From Dimorphilus gyrociliatus (taxonomy: Eukaryota; Animalia; Annelida), in contig CAJFCJ010000001.1 of the NCBI GenBank assembly GCA_904063045.1, positions 3,472,001-3,536,000 on the forward strand: 64,000 nt of DNA, in the 5' to 3' direction. The notes beneath the pieces are model-generated. The model did not search any database. It had not been told where the DNA came from and saw nothing but the letters and a program-made list of their open reading frames with translations. Made by a program: the position numbers and the translations under genes. Positions 52,256 through 64,000 of this stretch are shown here, one piece after another (positions within the stretch are counted from its first letter, which is position 1; every line of letters begins with the position of its first letter).

Positions 52256-53253
52256 ATCTATCCTATCCTATCTATCTCTTACTCTCTTTTCTCTACCTTG
52301 ATATGTTTATAAACAATAAAGGTTTTTAAAGGACGGTATAATAGTAGAATAAGCTATAAGCAAATAGTAAATACCCTATGCGCAGAGAGAGAGACTTATG
52401 TTGGAATGGGCTGGAGAGAAAATATAATCTAAGACGGAGGTATATTAAAGAGTATATGTAAAAGTATAAAAAATATACATACAGGCATAGTGTGTCTATA
52501 TCTGTGTGTCTGTGTGAGTGAGTGAGTGAGGAAGAGAGAGAGAGAAAGAGAGAGAGAGAGGGAGGGAGAATGAATGAGTGAGTGAGTGAGAGGATAGGTA
52601 AGCGAAAGAAAAGTAAGAGAGAGAGAGATAGACAGAAAAAAGTTTCAATATAAAAATTGATTAAGCGATTTATAGCCAAACCACAACTGATATGATATAT
52701 AGATTGATAGAGAGAAGGAAGTAGAGAGGCTCAAAATAAGTCAACAAACGAGAAAGAGAGGAGGAAAAGAGTAATAGCTGATGAGAGTTTAAAGTCGGGC
52801 AAATATCAATTTAATGTGTATACTGTAAATTCGAATGTTTTGTTTATTTTTTACCTAGTACAGTATGTAATATTTTTGCATGTGCAACTAGATCAGGCGT
52901 GAATGTTTACACTCTTCCCACTCGAAGACTGTCGGATAAACATAAAAAGAATTTTGACCAGGCGCCTTACAAGACCTATAACAGCTCTTCTGACCAACAA
53001 ACAGTACCTTTATATTATTTTATTTGATGTTTTGTTTTTCTTCTTCTACAAAACTTCCTCCTTATCATTATTAACGTCATGACTGTCATTACTCTCCTCC
53101 TACTCCTCATATCTTTATCTTGTCTTTTATAATCTATTTTTTTTAAAAAAAAAAAAGGTTATTTTTTTACTCTTTACTATTATCTAATTGGACGCTTTTT
53201 GTGTTTTTTCTCTCTCTTTTACAGAACTCATCGCAAAATTAACTTCTAAATGA
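51109..53253 (+). CDS. Calmodulin/myosin-light-chain-like EF-hand protein D, 169 aa
   Basis: Exons 51109-51589 and 53225-53253 (G|AA CTC ATC GCA AAA TTA ACT TCT AAA TGA). QIGNALRAIGQNPTE; EF loops degenerate. Acceptor at 51099 indicates an upstream exon. Confidence 0.9.
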
Positions 53254-53412
53254 AAAATCGACCACTCGAAAGCCATAATTTTGCCGGATCAAATTAATTG
53301 TTTAGTTTTCAATTTTTGGGATGCGCTTACTCAATCACTTCGAGGTGCTGCACACACACATACACTGCTTTTTCTTCTTCCTCTTCTCTTCTTCTTCTTC
53401 TTCTTCGTCGTT

Positions 53413-53424
53413 GCCGACGCCGCT

Positions 53425-53454
<30 letters not shown>
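53413..53454 (+). repeat. (GCC)n tract flanked by (CTT)n
   Basis: About 14 imperfect GCC units just downstream of gene D. Confidence 0.9.
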
Positions 53455-53456
<2 letters not shown>

Positions 53457-54648
53457 CTTCTTCTTCTTCTCTCTTTCTACTTCTTTTTCGCCTTCTACAT
53501 TTTTCTCTTATGATTTCCTTCTCTTCCGAAAAGATGAAGAGGAGAATATATGTACAAAAAGTATTAAAGCCTCGTCCATCTTAGTTTATTTAACTTTTAT
53601 AATATCCTTCCTAATTGATTAACGATTGAATAACCTGAAGATAACGTAAACAGCATAAATGTGAACATGAACAACAACAAAAACAAGAAGAAAAAGCAAC
53701 CAAAGATTTTTTTAAAAGAAATATATCCTTCCATATAAATATATGTATTATAGATGCAGATTTATAATTAAATAAATTAATAGATATGTATAGATATATT
53801 AATATATAGATATATATACATATACAGTATGTATATATACTGTATATATTTATACATTTATATGCATACGTTTATTTATTCATTGATTATATATAAATAT
53901 ATATATATATATATTTATTAATTTATATTCAAATATGATTAATTACCGCTGGATAAAGGAATAGATAATACCCTTTTCATTCAAGCTATTTTCATTTCTT
54001 ATGTAAAGTACAGTAGGAGCAAAAAGAAAAAAAGGTTAATAAATTAAGTAATACCTTTTTTCTTTCTTTCCTATTTCTCTCTCTCTCTCTCTCTCATTGA
54101 ATTAACTGATTCATCTTTATTTATTATATATAAAGTATAATTCTATATGTACATTGAATAGTAACAGTTTAAAACATAATTGTCCTTATTAGTACGAACA
54201 CAATATTCAAATAAATAGATGATTTTTAATCAGTTTGTTTTTTAAAAAAAAACTGGTACGTCGGAATGGTGAAAGAAGGTCTTTGGTACTAATTAGGCTA
54301 TATATAAACAAAGAAGTATCTACAAAATGCTATACGGCATATAGTGTATAGGTTATTTGTTTGTTTGTTTTTTTCCACTGTTAAGTACAAAGAAACAAAA
54401 AGTTTTTTTTTTATTTTCATAAATTCGTTCAGTCGGGAAAAGAAAGCTTCTGGAAGAGAAAAGACTATTTCGGGAAACGAAATAAATGCCTGAATCGACT
54501 GACGTTGTGAAGAGTGTGTTGGGAGAGGAGGAAGAGGGTGAGATATAGAGAAACTGGGAGGGGAGAGAGAGAGACAGAGAGAGAAAGAAAGAGAGAGAAG
54601 AACGTAGAAAGAGAAACACGAAAAACAACTTCCGAGTAGATGACACTA

Positions 54649-55421
54649 CTAGTCGACTTCGATGTCCGTTTCGCTTTCTTCTGTGTCTACTTTTTCGACT
54701 TTCAATTGAGTTTCTTGACTCTTTTTTGAATGTTTTCCATGCGTTTTTAAATGTTTACTTAGATGATCGCTTCTGCTAAAACGTTTTGAACAAATAGAAC
54801 ACTCAAATCTCTTTTCTCCTGTATGAGTCCGAATGTGTCTTTGAAGTTCATCTGATCTAGTAAATGCTTTACCGCAGTATAACCAAGTACAAGTAAATGG
54901 CCTTTCTCCCCTGTGCCACCTGAGATGAGCTTTTAAATGAGATGTTTTTCCATAAGATTTACTGCAACCTTCAAAATGGCAGACGTGCATCCTTTTTTGC
55001 CCATTTTTCAAGTTTTTAGATGTTCCTATACAATTGGGACATTTACACCTCGAACAGCGTCTGGTTGTCGTTGACTCGTTTGACATTCTATTAGGCCACG
55101 GACTCCACATTTGATTGTCCTGCATTCAAGAATAAAAAAACATATAATGTTTCGTAATATTGAATCGTTCAAATTTGTAAGATATACAATAGAGAAAGAT
55201 TCGTAAGTTCAATACAAATATATATGAGACATCTAACATACGAATACTTAACGCAATAAACTAAATACTCTACGGGCTAGGTACGCAGGTAAGTAGACAG
55301 ATAGGTAAATGAATAAACAGCATTTAAAAACTCACACACGCACATACGTATACTTGCACACAAACAAACATATACAGTCTTTCTGTGTACCTGTCTGTCT
55401 GTCTGCCTGTCTGCCTGCCTG

Positions 55422-55469
<48 letters not shown>

Positions 55470-57910
55470 TTCCTTTCTCTTATAAGCGTAGAGAGAGAAA
55501 ACACGCACAAGCAATTATCTAATAAAGCTAAAAATAAAGAGAATCCACTAAACGACAAATTTATCAAGTATAGTTGTATTATACGTGATTTTTACACAAT
55601 TGTCACTTCCTATTCGCACCTTTCCACTATAGACACTGCACTAAACTATTTAAACGCTTTAAGAAGCGATTATTTTATTTACAGCGTCCACTTTCTACAA
55701 TTTCTACTCAATGTCCTAATAAGCTTTTCCAAAATCTCCTCCCGTAGGCGTTTCATAACGCCTGTCCTATTAAAATTCTATGGGATATAGAGAAAAAAAA
55801 TACTTCAAAGAAGCCGCCGCTTTTCTTAACTGTTTATTCAATGCAAACTTGTCTTGTGTGTGTAGAACGATTTTCGACCGATTTATGCCTTCGGGAAGAC
55901 TTTTGTCAAAAAGTACATTATACACGCATCAGGAAATTTTTTCAAATGTATAATTGATTTCTCCCTTTTCTCCCTTTTCTTCTTGCTCTTCTTCTCTCTT
56001 TTTCTTCTCCTACTGGTTTAATTCTCTTGTAACTTAAGCCTTAGTTTGCTTGTTAATTTACTATGCTCGTTCTAGCCAATAATATATAATTCCTCTACCC
56101 CACCCAAACACCCTTCCTATCAATTTAATCCTTTCTCTCTTTCAATCATTCATTCCCTCCCCCAATCCCCTCTCCTACTACCATATCTTTAAATCTATCT
56201 ATATATCTATACATCTATCTATTTGCTTGTCTTTCGCCTTCCACCATCCCTCTTTCCTCTCTATCCCCAACCCCTTTAAATAAATGAAAATCTCTTAAGA
56301 AAAGAAGTAAAAGGGGGCTCGAGTGGAAGAAATTCTCATACAGAAAAAAGGCGGCAATTAATTAAAAAGATAGCCTTATGTAATCAACTCTGGCCTTCTC
56401 GTTTCGTTGTTGGCTTAATTTTACTAATTGTTCACTTAAGAATACTTCTTTCTCTCTCTTTCTCTCTCTTTCTCTCTCTCTCTCCCTCTCTCTCACTCTT
56501 TCTATTTACTTTTATTTCCTTTCCCCTTCTCTTCTTAACCATTCCCCCTCTCCTTATCCTCTATAGCCTTTTATTTCTTTTACTTCTCTTTCCCTCCGTT
56601 AGTACATCTTCTTTTCTCCTTTTTTTTTCTCTGCTCTTTGAAATCTCCTACAACATCTGCGCTCTTCTATTATCTTCTTAAAATCTACTAATTTCCGATT
56701 CAGTCACGCGCCTTAACTGAATTGTCCAAGAGACGAATATGCTAATTAAATGTGACGTCATTTCCGTCGTAAAAAGGTGCGACATCGCCTCTGATATTTA
56801 GTTACGTCAACCGACTTTCCCTCCTAATACGTCATGTGATATGACATTTTGTGCCATATAAAGACTATAATGAGAAGGATTTGTGGCCAAGGGATTTTTA
56901 CGGTCTCGCCTAAACTGTGATAAATTGATAGATAAAGTATAAAGTTTGTCTCGGCAAACATGATCTTTTCTCATGGTGAAAAAAGGATCTTGGAGATTAA
57001 AAAAAAAGAACAAAATATATAAAAATACTATTATTTATATCTCTTTTCTAAAGCGTTTCCCATTTATTTAGACGGTTTTTAGAATCGTTTCTCCGTAGGA
57101 AAATCTCTGTTATGAAAGTTTAATTTGTTTCCCTTATCTCTTCAACAAAGGGCGTTACATGACCAAATCTAATTAACTTTTTTTTTTTCTTTCTTTCTTT
57201 TTCTTCTCTGTACCTCACTCGTTCTCTCGTTAGTTATCCACATTAAGGGTAACTATTGGTAACAACCCTACCATGTACAGTAATGTAAGTAGGAGAAGGA
57301 GAAGAAAAACGTCCGTAACGCTTCTCACGCTGCTTAGCTTAGCCTGTAGTCGAGTGCCCTTTACCTCAGTCTTTACAATGTTACAGTGCGGACTATGAAT
57401 GGTAAACTATTGCAATTATCCTAGTGGAAAGGTCGACTATAGGGTCATTGAAAAATTTACATAAAGTAAAAGAAAGATATATCCTTTACAAATAGAGGGA
57501 GGGAGGGAGAGAAAGAGGAGAAGAACCGGGGAGTGACGGAAGGAGGAAAACGGAAGAGAGAGAGAGAGAGAGAGAAGAGGAGGAAAGGTGAAAGGTTAAA
57601 GCTTACACACAATAAAAAAACAACAAAAAACAAAAAAGCAAAGATAGAAGAGACTTACCAGATTGGTAGACCAATATTTATTATAAACTCCGTAATTCCA
57701 CCATTGCAGATTTTCAACATCGGTGAACATTTTGATTGTCTTTTTGTCTTTCTATAAAAAATTCTTTCTATAAAAGAATAGAGTGGAAAACAAAAGAAAA
57801 ATGATAAAAATTAAATATTTAAATAATAGAATGGAAAATAATAAAAGACGAGTATCTTTTATCCTTACCGTAAAAGCACTAAAGACCAACTGACTCGATT
57901 CTCCAACCAT
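54649..57910 (-). CDS. Sp5: Sp5/buttonhead-type zinc-finger transcription factor, about 201 aa, 3 exons
   Basis: Exons 57910-57869, 57751-57659, 55119-54649; sum 606 nt; all phase 0. Btd box [11 protein letters not shown] (Sp5/btd type) and three C2H2 fingers HLKAH/ELQRH/HLSKH. The track's MQ start is intron end (tgcag|gac). The 5' exons are less certain. Confidence 0.85.
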
Positions 57911-57967
57911 TACTCACCCCCTACCAAGCCACTCCACCTTCTTCTCGACCGATTACGCTCCTGATCT

Positions 57968-58062
57968 CTTTGATCTCTGCCGCCGTTCAATCAGCTCTAA
58001 CTTCCAACTGCCAACCACCAATCAGCTAGCAGCGCGCCAAAACACAAGATTTGGCGCGGCGT
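57968..58062 (-). promoter_or_regulatory. Sp5 proximal promoter motifs: TCF/LEF, CCAAT, paired E2F-type sites
   Basis: CTTTGAT 57968-57974; CCAAT 58018-58022; CGCGCCAAA 58033-58041 and TTTGGCGCG 58050-58058. Confidence 0.45.
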
Positions 58063-58991
58063 CAAGTAGAAAAGGATTTTTTGTTGACTTTAATAATGGA
58101 AGTTGTAAAAGGCGTTTCAATTTTCTAATCTTTAGCGTATGTTTGAGGCGTGTACGGCGTTTCTTTTAAGTTGCTTTGAGAAACGCCCACCCTGATTTTC
58201 TCCAGTTGTTTGAAAATGCGAACGATGGAATTGCACTCAAAGATGTAGAAAGGAAAGGGTGGAGACGCCTTTTGATGATACTTCCCTAATAGTAAGTTTC
58301 CTCCAGGCATTCTGTCATTTCACCTCGAATTGAATAACAATATAAAGAATTAGGTGTTACTTAATTCAATGTACTCTCTCATACAGATAGTGCATTTCTG
58401 CTTGTGCACCTTTCTATGCCTTATACGTATTGTTTTATTCTTTTCCACACCCAGACAGGCGATTGGCAGGAAGAAAGAAAAGGAGACGAGAGCTTGAAGA
58501 ATGTAAACGGTGAGAGGGTGGTAAAGGAGAGAGCTAGACAGACAGAGAGAGAGAGAGACAAACACACACACACACATATATATATACAGATAGAAAGAAA
58601 GAAAGGTGAGGGAGATGGTAGGGGCGCGCTGAGGGTGAAGGGGGAAAGAAGGTGATAGAATGAGGGAGGTCGCAAAGGGCGGTAGAATTAAAAGAGGACT
58701 GGAAAAGTACTAAGCTATTTGGTTATAATGGTTGGGTGGTAAAAAAAAGGAAGAAAAAAGAAGGTGGGAGGAGAGAAAAATAAAGGGAGATTTGGAAGAA
58801 AAAAGGAAAGAAAGACTAAAAGAAATGATAGATATAAAGAAAGAAAGGACGAAGAATAAAAGAAAAACAAATTGTACTCTGTTCTTTTAAAAATTCTTTT
58901 TTAAAAAATCATCTTTCTCTTCTTTTCCTTTGTTTAGCTAATTTAAAGAGAACAAAATATAGACAAAGATAATAAATCATTCAATCTCTAT

Positions 58992-60231
58992 TCAAATTTT
59001 TGTATTTATCATTTGCTGAAATTCGCTAAAGTTCACTTTTCCATCGTTATCTTGATCAGCTTCTCTGATCATGTCGGCAACATCCTCTTCGTTTAAACTC
59101 TCTCCGAGTGCTAACATTACTTGTTGTAGTTCAGAAGCGGTTATATAACCATCTCCATCCTTATCGAAAACTCTGAACGCCTCTCTCATTTCTTCCTCGA
59201 TGTCGGTTTCTTTCATTTTCTTTGACATCATTATAAGGAATTCGTCGAAATCGATTGTTCCATTACCTGTTGAAAGTGATCGAACTAACTTTATTATACA
59301 TAAACATACCAGACCGTTGTAGGCTATAGAACTTTGAATAAAATAAATAAGCCGCTTTTAATCTTTATTCCTATTGAATAGCTAACAAAAAAGCAAAATA
59401 GAGAGTTCTCAAGAGAAGAGGAACTTTACCGTCTACGTCCACTTCATTTATCATATCTTGTAGTTCAGCTTCGGTAGGATTCTGTCCTAATGATCTCATC
59501 ACGATACCCAATTCCTTGGTCGTGATCGTTCCATCGCCGTCTCTATCGAAGAGTTTGAACGCTTCTTCGAATTCTGTTTGGAGGAGGAAAATGGTAGATA
59601 AATGAGGGAATCGAGAAATGGACACAGAGTGGATAGTGAGAGTTGATATAGTTGTATTAACGGCAGTGGTGGTTGCAAAAATAGTATTACTATATTATTC
59701 AACTCGGATTATTTGCACCTTTGTTTTCTTTATATTAAATCAAGTAAAATATTCTATTCTAGCTTAGTTCATTTAATCCACTCGATAATTATTTTTTTAT
59801 TATTTGTTATACGAATTAACGAAAATAGGTCAAAGGAAAGGGGAGGGATCAGGAGGGTGGGACGGGGAGGGGAAGATAAAGAGGATATATACTTATATGT
59901 TGTAAAAAAGAAAAAGGCTCCGGGAAAAAGAGAGATTAAGTTTTTATTTAATTTTTTTTCTCTTTATTTCTCTCTCTTCCCTTTTCCTCTCCTCTTCCAT
60001 TTTTACATCCTCTCTTCTTCTTTATCGCCACTGTCCTCCTTCTTCAAACCTCCTTTCCTATTCCCTTCATTCAATTATCGCGCAATTGCTAACCTGATAT
60101 TTGATCGTCCGTTAGTCCCAGCTCGGCCTGCAACAAAGGAAAAGAGGTCAATATGTTAAAGGAAACCGTAAATCGTGCTTGATACGATTTACAGGGAGGT
60201 GGAGAGAGAATGAGAAATTGTTCTTTACCAT
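58992..60231 (-). CDS. Calmodulin-like protein B, 151 aa, 4 exons
   Basis: Exons 60231-60229 (ATG only), 60127-60094, 59573-59430, 59266-58992; sum 456 nt. Four canonical EF loops. Confidence 0.95.
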
Positions 60232-60717
60232 TAATTACAGACGCTCCTAACTACCAACATTCGAACGGAAAGGAAAATATTACAAAGTAAAGCAGACACT
60301 CCAAACAAAACAGTATACCACCGCCTATTGATTGACAAAAAGTCTATTGACATTACCGAAATCCTCAAAGAGCATTGTACTGCAGCGGCCGAAACTCTTC
60401 GACTTAACCCCCCCTATCATTTTATTCTTTTAAACTCTTTTTTTAACAGTTTTTGCACTTTCATATTCATTTCGGCCTATATCATTTCTTTTACGTCTAA
60501 TTAGCCTTTTTTGTGATTCTTTAGTTAGCTATAAAGCATTTCAATAATTAATAATCTGTTGTTTTTAATACGAATTAATTGACAACGGCAGATGTCACTG
60601 CTTTAATTTCCGGTTTTATTCCACTAATACAAATTCATAGGGTCAGTCTTAGCGGCTAAAAATTTTCATGTATATATTGTATGTAATAAGTCTACTTTAT
60701 ACTCTTTTTTTCATCTT

Positions 60718-60748
<31 letters not shown>

Positions 60749-61418
60749 ATTCATCTATCTATCCATCCATCCATCCGTCCATCCGTCCGACCATCTATCT
60801 GTCTGTCTGTCTATCTATCTACTCACTTTCCTGTCTCTCAATACCTACTTCTTTCGACATTGCTCCCCCCCTCCCTCCGCCCTCCTTCCCCTTTCCCCTC
60901 ATCCCTATTGCTACCCCCGACGTCGCCGCCATTGTGGGCGCGCAACTAACAATTTTTAAATTGTTTATACTTTCCGCTTCTTGAACGCCCCTTTGGCTTT
61001 CGCTCCTTCAAATCTCTTAAACCTTTCCTATTAGGGTATAGTCGAATTGAAAGACAATTAAACGATTGAACGCCTGGAGGAATCGAAATAAATGTTATAT
61101 AACATTATTGTTTGAAAGAAGCGAACTAAGGGTGATTTATCACCAAGTGTTCGTATTAATATTTGGTATTGATTTCGTACAAGCCAATGTGTTTATTAAG
61201 CGTATAAAATAGTAAGATATTGCAATTTATATTGATTAGTTTTATATAAATATATATAAAACTAATATATATATATATCTATATTTATGCGTGTGTGTGT
61301 ATATATCTCTTCTCTCTCTCTCTCTCTCTCTTTCTTTCTGTTATTTCTCTTTTCTTCTTTTCTCCTTTATTTCTTTATTTCGCTATTCAGTTTTTTTCTA
61401 TTCTGCAAAGATTACCAA

Positions 61419-62305
61419 ATGGTAAGGCCGATAGCTGTAAGATATTAAATGCTGAAGAAGTAGAAGGATATTTTTAATTGTTTCTTCTTCTTCTTCTTCT
61501 CTTCTTTCTTCTTTGGATTAATTTTTAATATATGTAAACTTTTTCTTCACAGGAGAATCAAGACGGTAATTTAAGTCCTGAACAAATAGAAGGTATAAAA
61601 AACAAATACACTTTTTAAGCTAGAATCTTTATATCTGTTTGCTGGAAACAAGAATAATTTTACAGTTGGAAACCATCTGCTTTATTGCAGTTGGTTGAGA
61701 AATAACAAGAGAAAAAACAAAAATAACAATGATAGAAAGAGAATAAAACATAGATACTTGTACTCTTTATAAATATACTCATAATAAGATTCTGTTACTA
61801 TTATTATTATTGTTTTATATTTTCGTTCAGAATTTAAGGAAGCCTTCTCCCTTTTCGACAAGGATGGCGATGGCGAAATTACTACCAAAGAACTTGGTAC
61901 CGTCATGAGATCCCTTGGTCAGAATCCTACCGAAGCCGAACTTAAAGAAATGATTAACGAAGTTGATCAAGACGGTAACGGTTTCGTTGATTTCGACGAG
62001 TTTCTCGGTATGATGATGAAGAAGATGAAAGAAGCCGGATCGGAGGATGAAATTAGCGAGGCTTTCAACCTATTTGATAAAGATGGAGACGGTTACCTAA
62101 GCCATTACGAGATGAAGCAGGTAATGGCAAATTTAGGAGAGAAATTAACAGATACAGAAGTATGGGAAATGATAAGGGAATACGACGCCGACGGAGATGG
62201 AAAAATTAGTTACAAAGGTAACAAAAAATCATTTAAAAAAACGAGATAATAATAATAGAAATTCAATAATCATCAACAGAATTCGTTAATGCAATGACCC
62301 AGTGA
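61419..62305 (+). CDS. Calmodulin-like protein C, 151 aa, 4 exons
   Basis: Exons 61419-61421 (ATG only), 61553-61592, 61831-62217, 62280-62305; sum 456 nt. Four canonical EF loops. Confidence 0.95.
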
Positions 62306-64000
62306 ACGAAGATAAAAGCGAGAGAGAAAGAGAGAGACTCTATATATACAGTATATATATATTGAGAGAGAGAGAGAGAGAAAGATTATTCTATCATTGA
62401 ACATCCTCGTAAATCTATACAATTGTGATCACTTTAACAGCTTTTTTCTTTCTCAATAACCAAATTGATTACAAAAAAATATAGTGATTGTCGGTCTAAT
62501 AATGATGTATTTTACAAAATGAATTAGTAGGAAAAGAGATGATACTAAAAGATCTATTTATCGATTTATATGATTTATTCATATGTATATTTAAATATAA
62601 ACGGTTTACTGTTCAATTCTGGAAAGATTTGCAGTTTTGAACGTCTGTTTTCCTCCCCCTAGCATTCATATCTTTTATAGTTTATCATTAAAGTCTTTTG
62701 TTGAATAATATTCATTGAAATACAATCAGCTAAAAGGAAAATAACCTATAAATATTTCACAATTCTTTGATTCCTGTTAATCGTTCTTTTATTCTCTTTG
62801 TCGCCATTGTAATCGTTTCTTCTCCGAAAAGAAAACCAGGAGAGAAATCATATATTTCTCATTCCGTGGCGACATCTACAGTCTTTGACTGCGAAAACTT
62901 GGAGGGGGAGTTGGAGGGAGTATACGGACTACTTCTTTCTCTTTAAAGTATTACGCAAATTAAGAGGACGATTGATGAAAAGAATTGAAAATAGAACACT
63001 AGAAAATAGAATACTAAAATGTCAATGGAGAAGAAATGAAAAGAGACGCCGATTCGTTTTTTTTTCTTTTTAAAAAAAAAATATTAATCTTTTATAAAAA
63101 TTTTAAAGGATGGGAAATCTGTTAAATTATTCATTCAATTATTTGATAGTGAAGATTATCCGCTGTTGTAGCACCTATTCATGGATATTTGATATTATTA
63201 GATAGTTTTAAGAATATTGCAACACTCTTCTCTTTCCGCGAAAAGGGGGAAAAGACAAGTAGCAAAGCTACAAACTAAAAGAATTTCTATTTTCTAGGAA
63301 ATTTTATGGAAGAAGAAATATTTTCATCTTTTAGAGAGAAAAATGGCTTACTGATGAGTTTAGTTGAGAGACCTAAAACGATCAGACTCTCTCTCTTCTA
63401 TGTAATGGAAAACCGGACTTCAATTCTCTTAGGACTACTTCTGGAATATATCCAGTGGAATAATTGAAAAAATGGATCTTTATGAAATTGAAATACCTGA
63501 ACAATGTTTGCCTTTATCTATTAATTTGGATTTTTTTCCTTCTCTCTTTCTCCTTTTCTCCTTTCTTTCTTTCTTTCTTTCTGACGTATTCTCTTCCTCA
63601 CTTTCTCATTCCATCAACCCTTTATCATCAGTAATTCTATACTCGGCGCTGGTAGCATAAATCAAGTATTGCCAATATAATTTCTAAAAGGTCAATTGGT
63701 CTATACTCTTTTTACTAACAAATCGATATTTCAGACTATTTACTCGCTTATCCCCCGCAAAAACAAAAGAAAGAAATACAGGAGGAGCTTTCTCGTTTCT
63801 TTTTCATTTCCCTTTCCTTACTTCCTCCTAACGCTGTCTCTCTGCCCCTCGTCTCTCTCTCTCTCTCTCTCTTTCCGAACATCACAATTGCCCTTACGGG
63901 ACTTATTTAGTGCACTATCTAACAATTGCAAATAGCATAGCCAACGGTCATGATTTGAGAATTGAATATTTTTAAATGAGAGAAAATTTCAATTTAGTAG

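Noticed and set aside
58125-58310. 61-aa minus-strand ORF upstream of Sp5
   Set aside because: No homology; it coincides with the motif-dense promoter region.
63300-63600. Exon- and intron-like pieces near the window end
   Set aside because: Frames close with stops or run into microsatellite; no start or homology.
97-63935. Numerous 60-150 aa track ORFs rich in SL, YI, F or ER repeats
   Set aside because: Translation artefacts of (CT)n, (AT)n and (AG)n tracts, or antisense shadows of real exons.
1-64000. CRISPR arrays, rRNA, tRNA, intact transposons
   Set aside because: No repeat-spacer periodicity, RNA-gene signature or transposase/RT ORF was seen by eye; tRNAscan-SE, Infernal and RepeatModeler runs would be needed to exclude small elements.

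Overview
AT-rich, microsatellite-dense, intron-containing DNA from an animal. It is probably a lophotrochozoan protostome (inference from the DFWDGRDG myosin light-chain motif); many introns are only about 60-90 nt. Twelve protein genes were assembled by hand with consistent splice phases. In order: cullin-3 (with two decayed tandem partial copies upstream), a myosin essential light chain, a receptor guanylyl cyclase, a CARD-coiled-coil protein, a TIR-less LRR transmembrane protein, calmodulin-like gene A, a GT92/DUF23 glycosyltransferase, a single-domain FAIM-like protein, a LAPTM-like 4-TM protein, calmodulin-like gene D, a miniature Sp5/buttonhead-type factor, and calmodulin-like genes B and C as a head-to-head pair. 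The ORF track misses the CARD, the FAIM gene, most of the 4-TM gene and many short exons. Main oddities: a caspase-2/RAIDD-type CARD fused to a long coiled coil lying tail-to-tail with a TIR-less LRR receptor; an apparent non-canonical GA-AG intron; an EF-hand gene cluster with graded loss of Ca2+ sites; many TA-CAG-TA/TA-CTG-TA motifs matching Tc1/mariner excision footprints; and eight CTCF-like motifs. No rRNA, tRNA, CRISPR array or intact transposase was seen. All gene models are sequence-only predictions.
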